12,078 bases of DNA from Candidatus Binatia bacterium (GTDB lineage: Bacteria; Desulfobacterota; Binatia; Bin18), in contig CAXXHG010000004.1 in assembly GCA_963666315.2 (NCBI GenBank), positions 1 to 12,078 of the forward strand, read 5' to 3'. Of this stretch, positions 1 through 7,706 are shown piece by piece. Each line of letters opens with the position of its first letter. The first letter of the stretch is position 1. The notes beneath the pieces were generated by a model, which saw only the letters and a program-made list of their open reading frames with translations, ran no database searches and was not told the DNA's origin. The position numbers and the translations under genes were made by a program.

Positions 1-1
1 G

Positions 2-1264
2 GCGTTCCTGGGTGAGAATGCGATGACGTTGCAGGTCGCGGTAGAGTCCTAAATTGCCAATAATATCGAAGGTATAATAGCCGTGTTCGAGGGCTCGACC
101 GGGTTTATCGCGGCGATGCTGGCGCTGCCCAATATACTCGTCAAAAATCTGTGCCCGCTGCTCTGCAGAGAACTCTTTCACACGGGCGCGAAGTTGACTG
201 AGAGGCTGACGCGTATGTGGATAGAGGATGGCCGCGAGAATCTGGTCTTCCGCGTCTTGGTCGTAGTCAATAAGGCTGACGGGTGGACTGGCTGCGATAG
301 ATTGATCCGAGAGCAGCGTATGTGTGAGCGCGCGAGTGCTGGCTGCTGTCTGTACCAAATACTCATTGCGTTGGGCGCGTTTCACAAACGACGGGATCAA
401 ACTATTCAGCTCGGTATGCATGCTCTCAGCAATGCTGTGCGCCTCAGCCAGTTCGAGCGAATAGAGTTTGTTGAGCAGATGTTCAAATGCTTGACCAACG
501 CCAAAGAGGCCGACATTGGTCAGTGTGGCGGCCGGGAGATAGGAGCGGAGAATATCGCATGCCTGAGCTCGAACGGTTGAACGATAGGCGCCTTCCGTCC
601 ATTTTTTGAGTGTGTCGTCTTTCTGCGCCTCGTGGTAGGTCAGCGGCTCACCCGTCTGCGGGTGTTTCCACTCCACCGAGTCTATGGGCAGACTGTCGCG
701 CACAAAGGCCAGCATGGGCTCGAGCTGAGCCGCATACGTTTCGAACAAAAGTCGCATGCCGGACAGATACGCCTCGCGGTGAGTCGAGGCCATTAGCGTC
801 GGTTCTTTGTAGAACAGATAATCGCCGTCCGGACCTTTTGTATCAAAGCGCACATAGCGCGTAGACTTCTCAAGTGGAGCGATGCCGATGCGGGCATCTT
901 CAAGAATCTTGGCCGCAACGTTCGAGATGTTTTCACACGCAATATGCGCTCCGCCCAGCTGGGCGACGGAGTCATCGCCATAGCCAATCAGGACGCGGTC
1001 ATAGAACGCGCGTGCCTTTTGGACGGCCTCACTGCTCGCTGTTTCCGTAGAGGTGCTACCTGTGCCACCTGGGAGCTGGGAGAGCTGCAGGTCTGCGTTG
1101 CCCAGGAACTCGTCCAGAAAAATCTGACGCAGACTTTTTGCCGAACGGCTGTAGCGCGAAAAGAGAGCCCCGGCTACTTCTTGAGGCAGCTTGAGGCCAA
1201 ATATGGGTGCAGTCAGGTTGGTGAAGAAGGGGGTCAGCTTCTGTCTGTCTATAGGTGAGAACAT
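2..1264 (-). CDS. thyX: FAD-dependent thymidylate synthase, tandem two-domain type; 3' end lies beyond the left edge of the window
   Basis: Manual translation from ATG at 1264 is open to the window edge (421 codons; absent from the ORF track because no stop is in the window). It reads MFSPIDRQKLTPFFTNL...ALFSRYSRS...FYDRVLIGYGDDSVAQLGGAHIACENISNVAAKILEDARIGIAPLEKSTRYVRFD...CDILRSYLPAATLTNVG...YRDLQRHRILTQER. The EKSTRY and RDLQRHR motifs are ThyX hallmarks. Confidence 0.92.
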   Translation of the reverse strand, partial: MFSPIDRQKLTPFFTNLTAPIFGLKLPQEVAGALFSRYSRSAKSLRQIFLDEFLGNADLQLSQLPGGTGSTSTETASSEAVQKARAFYDRVLIGYGDDSVAQLGGAHIACENISNVAAKILEDARIGIAPLEKSTRYVRFDTKGPDGDYLFYKEPTLMASTHREAYLSGMRLLFETYAAQLEPMLAFVRDSLPIDSVEWKHPQTGEPLTYHEAQKDDTLKKWTEGAYRSTVRAQACDILRSYLPAATLTNVGLFGVGQAFEHLLNKLYSLELAEAHSIAESMHTELNSLIPSFVKRAQRNEYLVQTAASTRALTHTLLSDQSIAASPPVSLIDYDQDAEDQILAAILYPHTRQPLSQLRARVKEFSAEQRAQIFDEYIGQRQHRRDKPGRALEHGYYTFDIIGNLGLYRDLQRHRILTQER

Positions 1265-1284
1265 GCGTCCATTATCTACAGTGA

Positions 1285-1290
1285 ATTATA
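1285..1290 (-). promoter_or_regulatory. Possible sigma70 -10 box for thyX
   Basis: Perfect TATAAT on the minus strand 20 nt upstream of the thyX ATG; no convincing -35 box. Confidence 0.3.
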
Positions 1291-1339
1291 GACGCGATCC
1301 TATGTGATCGTGCCTACGAGGGCAGGCAACCCGTACGGG

Positions 1340-1849
1340 CTAGGCCTCTTCAAGTTCTATGAGGAGTTGTCCGGATTCGACCACTTGGCCGGCCTCCACA
1401 TGGATGGCTTTGACCGTACCGGCAACTGCGGCACGGATTTCATTTTCCATTTTCATGGCCTCGATAACGATCACACTTTGATCCTTTTCGACCTGGTCCC
1501 CCTCGTTCACCAGCAGCTCAACAACCTTGCCCGGCATCATGGAGCGGACATCTTTTTCCTCGGCTCCACCCAGACCCGCTTCTGCTCCGCCGCGGCGTGC
1601 CTTGCGTTCATCCAGGAGGTGAACGCGGAAACTCTTGCCTTCATAGGCCACGGTGTATTCGTCGTCTTTTTCTGCCACATCAACCGTGAACGACTGATTC
1701 TCAACGAGCAAAGAGTACATATGGCCGGTGAGCTGTCTGCCATCGATCAGGTGCTCTTCATCGTCAATCATAATTTTATACTTATGCTCGCCAAGTTCCT
1801 GCACGTCGATAGTATAGGTTTGATCCCCGAGCTTTGCTTTATAAGCCAT
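1340..1849 (-). CDS. Biotin carboxyl carrier subunit of an acyl-CoA carboxylase (N-terminal beta-rich domain plus biotinyl domain)
   Basis: 169 aa with MPGKVV and the EAMKMENE biotinylation motif; directly downstream of the biotin carboxylase gene; AAGGA upstream of the ATG. Confidence 0.95.
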   Translation of the reverse strand: MAYKAKLGDQTYTIDVQELGEHKYKIMIDDEEHLIDGRQLTGHMYSLLVENQSFTVDVAEKDDEYTVAYEGKSFRVHLLDERKARRGGAEAGLGGAEEKDVRSMMPGKVVELLVNEGDQVEKDQSVIVIEAMKMENEIRAAVAGTVKAIHVEAGQVVESGQLLIELEEA

Positions 1850-1869
1850 AGGTGCTGTCGTCCTTGCTG

Positions 1870-3375
1870 CTAGCGCAGTCCCTCACGCCAACCACTGGCG
1901 CGCCATGCGGACACTCCCGCGCTGCTGCTCACACTGCCGGTTATCGACCGGGCCAATTCTTGATCTTTATGATACGCCGCGAGTGCGGCCGCAGCCAGAA
2001 TAATTTCATGCCGCAGGTGGTCTTCTTCTTCCGGCAGTCCGGTGTATTCTTGCGGAATAAAGCCCGTGTCGATATCGCCGGCCACAAAACGTGGATGGGT
2101 CAGCGCCCAGCGGTGGAAGGGAATATTGGTGACTATGCCTTCGACTATGTATTCCTGGAGCGCACGCAGCATGCGCTGGATGGCTTCGTCTCGGGTCCGG
2201 CCATAGGCGCACAGCTTGGAGATCATAGGGTCATAATGAATGGGCACCTCCCAGCCTTCGTACACTCCGCTGTCGTCCCGCACGCCATACCCGCCCGGCG
2301 TGCGAAGAATTTGAATCTTGCCGGGTGAGGGGAAAAAGTCGCGATCCGGGTCTTCGGCGTAAATACGGCACTCGATCGCCCAACCGCGTTGCCGCACATC
2401 TTCTTGTTTGATCGTCAGCGCTTCTCCCGCAGCGATTTCAATCTGGGCTTTGACCAGATCGACACCAGTCACAAGCTCAGTGATCGGATGTTCGACCTGA
2501 ATACGCGTATTCATTTCCAGGAAATAGAAATTCTGGTGTGCGTCTACCAGAAACTCTACTGTTCCCGCCCCAACGTACTGCACCGCCTGAGCCGCCTCGA
2601 CGGCAATTTGACCCATTTGCTCCCGGACATCTTGGTTGATGGCGAGTGAAGGCGATTCTTCGATGACCTTCTGATGCCGGCGCTGGAGGGAACACTCACG
2701 CTCGTACAGATGGATAATATTTCCGTATGTATCGCCTAAGACCTGGACTTCGACGTGGCGCGGTTTTTCGATAAATTTTTCTATATACATGCGGTCGTCG
2801 CCGAATGAGGATTTTGCCTCAGAGCGAACGCTGCGTAAGGAGGAAATCACGTCCTCTTTTTTCTCGACCAGCCGCATGCCTTTCCCGCCACCGCCAGCTG
2901 AGGCTTTAAACATGACCGGAAAGCCGATGGTGTTCGCCGCCGCAATAACTTCGTCTTCGTCCCCTAAGACGTCTGTGCCCGGGACAACGGGCACGCCGGC
3001 CTTTTGCATAATGGCTCGTGCGGTCACTTTATCCCCCATCTGTTCGATGGCTTCGGGCTGGGGACCGATGAAGACAATGCCTGCGTCAGTGCACGCCTGG
3101 GCAAAAGAAGCGCGCTCGGACAGAAAACCATAACCGGGGTGGATGGCCTCAGCCCCACTCTGCTTGGCGACCGCAAGAATTTTCTCAACAACCAGATAGC
3201 TTTCGGCCGACGGCGCAGGGCCAATCGGATAGGCGTAGTCGGCGTATTGGACATGCAGCGCGGACCGATCAGCGTCCGAATACACGGCAACGGTTTCAAC
3301 CCCGAGTTCACGGCAGGCGCGAATAACGCGGACGGCGATCTCTCCCCGATTTGCAATTAAGACACGTTTGAACAT
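1870..3375 (-). CDS. accC: Biotin carboxylase subunit of acetyl/propionyl-CoA carboxylase
   Basis: 501 aa with motifs LIANRGEIA, HPGYGFLSE, KASAGGGGKGMR, ERECSLQRRHQK, FLEMNTRIQVEHP and YDPMISKL; GGAG upstream of the ATG. Confidence 0.97.
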   Translation of the reverse strand: MFKRVLIANRGEIAVRVIRACRELGVETVAVYSDADRSALHVQYADYAYPIGPAPSAESYLVVEKILAVAKQSGAEAIHPGYGFLSERASFAQACTDAGIVFIGPQPEAIEQMGDKVTARAIMQKAGVPVVPGTDVLGDEDEVIAAANTIGFPVMFKASAGGGGKGMRLVEKKEDVISSLRSVRSEAKSSFGDDRMYIEKFIEKPRHVEVQVLGDTYGNIIHLYERECSLQRRHQKVIEESPSLAINQDVREQMGQIAVEAAQAVQYVGAGTVEFLVDAHQNFYFLEMNTRIQVEHPITELVTGVDLVKAQIEIAAGEALTIKQEDVRQRGWAIECRIYAEDPDRDFFPSPGKIQILRTPGGYGVRDDSGVYEGWEVPIHYDPMISKLCAYGRTRDEAIQRMLRALQEYIVEGIVTNIPFHRWALTHPRFVAGDIDTGFIPQEYTGLPEEEDHLRHEIILAAAALAAYHKDQELARSITGSVSSSAGVSAWRASGWREGLR

Positions 3376-3390
3376 AGTTATACGAATCTC

Positions 3391-3432
3391 CGACCCCTAG
3401 GCCCCAGCCCCTGGGCCCCGATCCCTGGCCCC
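3391..3432. repeat. Degenerate ~7-bp tandem repeat with six G-tracts on the mRNA strand, between the carboxyltransferase and biotin carboxylase genes
   Basis: The minus strand reads TAG-GGGCCAG-GGATCGG-GGCCCAG-GGGCTGG-GGCCTAG-GGGTCGG-AGATTCG. C-runs on the plus strand start at 3394, 3402, 3408, 3416, 3423 and 3429. Confidence 0.7.
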
Positions 3433-4982
3433 TATAATGGGATATTGCCATGTTTCTTGGGTGGATTTTTCTCGCGCTTATTTTGGAGCATATTGAGCGA
3501 TTGGATCAGCCGAGGGCGCGTATCTGCCGGCATGATGATTTCATCAATATAGCCAAGCTCAGCAGCCTTGAACGGGTTGGCAAAGGTCTCGCCGTATTCA
3601 GCAATCAACTTGGTGCGCTCAGCGTCCGGGTCCTTGGCTTCTTTGAGCGCATTGCGAAAAATAATATTGACGGCTCCATCCGGGCCCATGACGGCAATTT
3701 CGCCGGTCGGGTAGGACAAATTAATATCGCCCCGGATGACTTTGCTGGACATCACCACGTATGCCCCGCCGTATGCCTTGCGGGTGATGACCGAAATCTT
3801 GGGTACGGTAGCTTCGCAGTACGCATACAATAGCTTCGCCCCATGGCGAATAATGCCGCCATACTCCTGGGAGGTGCCGGGCAAAAAGCCTGGGACGTCG
3901 ATGAGGGTAATAATGGGGATATTAAAACAATCACAAAACCGAACGAATCGGGCGCCTTTGACTGAGGCGTCAATATCAAGCACGCCGGCCAGGAAGGCGG
4001 GTTGGTTGGCCACAATTCCGACTGGTTTTCCGCCGAGCCGGGCAAAACCGATGACGATGTTGCGGGCGTAGTCCTTTTGCACTTCGAAAAAGTGGTTCTC
4101 ATCGGCCACGGAGCGGATGATGTCGGTCATGTCGTAGGGTTTATTGGGATTCTCAGGAATAATATCGTTGAGTTTTTCGTCACGCCGATTTGCATCGTCC
4201 GGTGTGGGTTGAAACGGCGGATCTTCCATGTTGTTGCTGGGCAGATAACTCAATAACTCGCGAATCGAGTGAAAACATTCATCTTCGTCCGGGGAGGCAA
4301 AATGGGCTACGCCACTGGTGGCGTTATGCGTTGCCGCTCCGCCCAACTCCTGCATCGTGACCTCTTCATGTGTCACCGTACGAATCACATCCGGTCCGGT
4401 GATGAACATATAGCTGGAGTTATCGACCATGAAGATAAAGTCCGTTATGGCCGGCGAGTATACCGCGCCACCCGCACATGGTCCCATAATTACCGATATT
4501 TGCGGTACGACGCCTGAATTCATGACGTTGCGTAAGAAGATTTCACCGTAGCCGGCCAAGCTTACTACGCCTTCTTGAATGCGTGCGCCTCCGGAATCAT
4601 TAATGCCGATGACCGGGCTGCCGGTTTTGGCTGCCAAATCCATGACTTTACATATTTTTTCTGAAAAGGCGCTGGATAAACTTCCTCCAAAAACAGTAAA
4701 ATCTTGAGAAAATACAAAGACTTGACGTCCATCGACGCTGCCATAGCCAGTCACCACCCCATCGCCTGGGATCTTAGTCTTGTCCATATCAAAATCGGTG
4801 CAGCGATGGGTCTTGAGCCGGTCTAGTTCGACAAAACTGCCTGGATCGAGCAGTGTCTCAACGCGTTCGCGCGCTGTCTTTTTTCCCTGCTCACGCCGAC
4901 GTGCGATACGTTTCGCACCCCCGCCTTGCAGTGCCAGCTCATTGAGGCTCTCAAGTTTGTCGATATTGTCCTGTAGGCCCAT
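3432..4982 (-). CDS. pccB: Acyl-CoA carboxylase carboxyltransferase (beta) subunit, propionyl-CoA carboxylase beta / methylmalonyl-CoA decarboxylase alpha family
   Basis: Motifs [48 protein letters not shown] and C-terminal [11 protein letters not shown] at 4982 with AGGA 8 nt upstream is preferred over the track's TTG at 5009. Substrate specificity is inferred. Confidence 0.93.
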   Translation of the reverse strand: MGLQDNIDKLESLNELALQGGGAKRIARRREQGKKTARERVETLLDPGSFVELDRLKTHRCTDFDMDKTKIPGDGVVTGYGSVDGRQVFVFSQDFTVFGGSLSSAFSEKICKVMDLAAKTGSPVIGINDSGGARIQEGVVSLAGYGEIFLRNVMNSGVVPQISVIMGPCAGGAVYSPAITDFIFMVDNSSYMFITGPDVIRTVTHEEVTMQELGGAATHNATSGVAHFASPDEDECFHSIRELLSYLPSNNMEDPPFQPTPDDANRRDEKLNDIIPENPNKPYDMTDIIRSVADENHFFEVQKDYARNIVIGFARLGGKPVGIVANQPAFLAGVLDIDASVKGARFVRFCDCFNIPIITLIDVPGFLPGTSQEYGGIIRHGAKLLYAYCEATVPKISVITRKAYGGAYVVMSSKVIRGDINLSYPTGEIAVMGPDGAVNIIFRNALKEAKDPDAERTKLIAEYGETFANPFKAAELGYIDEIIMPADTRPRLIQSLNMLQNKREKNPPKKHGNIPL

Positions 4983-5084
4983 ATTTTTATCCTGTTCTCC
5001 GGTGTCCAACGTCGGGGGACCTCGGTTTTGTATTATGCGAGACGAAAAAGATCAAGGAAGGGGCGGAGATGTGTACCGGAAAGG

Positions 5085-5110
5085 GAGATTCGTTTCGACT
5101 CAGAATGACA
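5085..5110. repeat. Degenerate right half of a GTCAT...ATGAC REP-like palindromic element
   Basis: GAGATTCGTTTCGACTCAGAATGACA resembles the 3' arm of the full element at 10972-11046 (...GCTTCGCTCGCAATGAC); intergenic; no left arm. Confidence 0.45.
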
Positions 5111-5118
5111 TTACCTTG

Positions 5119-5808
5119 TTAGAGATCTGCTGACGTCTTGTCCCGAAATAGGCGTGTCCATTCCATCGCCCCGCGCTGAATCAACGCCGGCCAGAGCGCG
5201 GCTGGATCGGTACCAAAAAGTGTCTCAGCGTCACCAGGCAGAATATACCAGTCCCCCCGCGCCACTTCGTTATCCAGCTGGCCTGGAGACCAGCCGGCAT
5301 AGCCGGCGTGGACACGGAACTGGGCTGCAGCCTCTTGGGCTAATAGGGCTAAATGCTCTAGACCTGAACTGGCTGATATTTCTTCGGTCACGGTTAACGT
5401 ATTCTCAAGTGAGAGTGTGTTTGATCGAATCAGCACGACCATGTGGCTGCGTCCCACTGGACCGCCGGCATAGATAACATCCTGTGCATGCGGTTGATCT
5501 GCTAAATGTGGCAATGCGCGCGCCAAGTGGACATCTGTGGGCCGGTTAACGACGACGCCCATAGCCCCGTGGGTGTTATACGAGACGAGATAGATAACCG
5601 TCTCAGAAAAATTCGAATCGCGCAGATTATTAGCCGCAACGAGAAACTTGCCCTGGGCGAGTGTTTCTTCAGGCTGGGCAAACGTGTTGGAGAGAAAATT
5701 CGGTATGAGCGATATCAGTAATATCAGCAATATCAGAAGGATCAGTGCAGCGGTCCCACTGGCTGTTTTGACAGCTCTCCTGGCGGGAGGTCGGGGCAAG
5801 CGGCCCAT
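5119..5808 (-). CDS. YqgE/AlgH family (DUF179) protein with an N-terminal signal/transmembrane extension
   Basis: Motifs GKFLVA, DSNFSETVIYL, GAMGVVVNRP, YAGGPV and GYAGWSPGQLDNEVARGDW. The start is uncertain (ATG 5808 or GTG 5868). Hydrophobic ALILLILLILLISLI precedes the domain. Confidence 0.88.
   Translation of the reverse strand: MGRLPRPPARRAVKTASGTAALILLILLILLISLIPNFLSNTFAQPEETLAQGKFLVAANNLRDSNFSETVIYLVSYNTHGAMGVVVNRPTDVHLARALPHLADQPHAQDVIYAGGPVGRSHMVVLIRSNTLSLENTLTVTEEISASSGLEHLALLAQEAAAQFRVHAGYAGWSPGQLDNEVARGDWYILPGDAETLFGTDPAALWPALIQRGAMEWTRLFRDKTSADL
5711..5746. repeat. 9-bp tandem repeat x4 encoding the LIL-LIL-LIL-LIS hydrophobic segment
   Basis: Units on the plus strand: gatatcagt, aatatcagc, aatatcaga, aggatcagt. 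Confidence 0.7.
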
Positions 5809-5877
5809 AAGGTCTTGCCGGTCTTGTGTTCGTGCTTGCTTGTGGAAAGAGGCAAAGTCGCTTGTCACAGTGGGGCA

Positions 5878-5946
5878 ACCCTACCATTTTTCGCTTCTGC
5901 GTCAAAATTCTCGAGAATTCTTGCAAACTATGCACCCTAACTATGC
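5878..5946 (-). promoter_or_regulatory. Putative sigma70 promoter of the yqgE/algH-like gene with adjacent operator-like repeats
   Basis: Minus strand TTGACG (5905-5900), 16-nt spacer ending in TGG, then TAGGGT (5883-5878, extended -10 like). Perfect 14-bp palindrome AATTCTCGAGAATT at 5906-5919 and direct repeat AACTATGC at 5926-5933 and 5939-5946. Confidence 0.45.
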
Positions 5947-5983
5947 GCATTTTCTGGGAGTACGGCCCGCATTATCTATCTGA

Positions 5984-7706
5984 TCACTTCTCGGTAAATG
6001 AGATGGAGCTTGTCGCTGACTTTAACGACGAGATAATTTTCCTCAGGTTTTTGCACGAATTTGAGTTTGATGTTTTTTCTTGGCCTTCGCTGTCCTCGCC
6101 AAAGCCGTAGCTGAGAGTATTGACGAAGAGGTCTTTGATATTCTCTGCCCACTCTGCCTGCCAGTTGCCGTCGCCGGTGACGCCGTTTAACCACTTCGCT
6201 TGCTCTTGCATCAAGGCGGCAGTTGAGGCGAAACCGCCCCCGAGCATCATTAGAGCCGACGTTTTATTGGTGAAATTGCTCGGATCGCAGCGGAAGCGGT
6301 AGGGTCTATCGAGCAGCAGGAGTTTGGTCGACTTGAGGGTATACTCAAGCTTTTGGTCCCACTCGGATGGGTCGATCAACTCTTGATCGAGTTCTTCGCT
6401 ATCATCCGTATGCTGAACCTCAAAGATTTGGGTACCGGCAAATTCACAGCTGGTATCGAGGAAAAGCTTCATGCTCTTAGCGCTCCGAAACGGAAAACGT
6501 CCGTCCGGGCTCTGCTGCATTGCCTTGCGGTAGTATGCGGTTGAAAAATTCGGCCAAAAATGGCGTGTCCTATGGACGAGGTAGAGCTTATTGTCTTTTC
6601 TCTCAGCTCGGAGATAGAGCAAACCCTCGACGCTGATCCGTTTGACTTCATCGTCCTCTCCGATCCGGAGCTGTTTGAGTTGCCAGGCATTGTTTAAGCC
6701 AAAATGGACGCCAATCTTTTCTCTTTGCAGCTTGCTCAGTTTGGCTTCACACTCGTCCGGATTGTTCGGTGTGACGGCAAAAACAATGGCAACCTCCTTA
6801 TCGTGATGAAAGATCGTGGCTCGGCGATCGGTGATGTCGTCCTGATTGCCCCCCTCGGTGTCTAACTCAAACTGAACGAACTCTTTACCGGTGAGATCGG
6901 TCTGACGCCACTCGTTGCTTTGGGTCTTGACCATCATCTCAATCCGGGCACGGGCGAAATCGCCTGCTTCGTTGACCTGCTGTATGGTCCAGGCTGAGGG
7001 TTGGTATAAGCGGAAGAACATGGCGCTGTGCATAGACGGGACCTCAGGGTCTTTGTCTCGCAGCTTCCAGTAGTTGCTTGTGCGTAGGCGTGCAGCAACG
7101 AGTGATACTTCTTGCGCTTTCTTTCGGTGAGGCTCGATGGTCGTTTGTGGCACTACCGGACACACGGCCTGCATGGCAGTAAAATACGCATCGAGCAGCG
7201 CGTTGATACTTGCACCCTGAGCGACGGGGTAAATGGGTTTCTTGTACACGAGACTAAACTCAGCGATTTCCCATTTGTTTTCGCTGTGGACTAAGCTGTA
7301 GCGACCCTTACGGGTTGAGAACACTGGAGCGGCTCTGACCTCGTCTGACGGCTCGGGTTTGAAATGGACCATGCCGGGCAAAGTCTCCGCTCGATTCAAA
7401 ATCGACCAACGCATACGGCATCCCGGCATGGGCTTTCAGGAACAGAAAATCTTTGCTGCTCCGCTTAGGATCGATCCATAGTGATTTTGCCTGGGCCCGC
7501 ATCTGGTCAATGGCCCTGAGATCTGCGTCTGTCTCCGGTAAGGACGGGGCATACACGTCTTGAGCCACAGCAATATAGTCTGCAATCAGGCTGCGCACGG
7601 CGGCCTCATCGGTTCCTGCCGAACAAACGTTGGGGAAAGCAAAGAAAAGGCTAAAAAAGAAGACGGCGGAAAGATACAGCCTATGTCTTTGCAAGTGCCG
7701 CATCAT
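5984..7706 (-). pseudogene. Exported hypothetical protein (~570 aa) split by one frameshift near 7373 (track ORFs 7308..7706 and 5984..7429)
   Basis: The first ORF has a Sec-type signal peptide (MMRHLQRHRLYLSAVFFFSLFFAFPNVCSA/G) and overlaps the second ORF. GDFAR occurs in both fragments as an internal repeat, placing the junction at GGA GAC TTT GCC CGG C ATG GTC. Its start overlaps the reconstructed stop of the upstream vWA gene (ATGA). Confidence 0.7.

Noticed and set aside
83-1258. Plus-strand ORFs 83..580, 610..864 and 944..1258
   Set aside because: They lie antisense to thyX (two in its exact mirror frame) and show no recognisable motifs.
1293-1339. Small hairpin CGCGATC-ctatgt-GATCGTG and 10-bp palindrome CCCGTACGGG as a terminator
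   Set aside because: No U-tract and only short stems; cannot be supported as an intrinsic terminator.
4983-5009. TTG start at 5009 for the carboxyltransferase
   Set aside because: ATG 4982 has a well-spaced AGGA and gives a typical length of 516 aa.
1304-5133. Numerous plus-strand and alternative-frame ORFs over the carboxylase genes
   Set aside because: Shadow ORFs of strongly conserved minus-strand genes.
7308-7429. Two genuinely overlapping genes (122-nt overlap)
   Set aside because: Better explained by one frameshifted gene: only the first ORF has a signal peptide, and the GDFAR repeat aligns across the junction.
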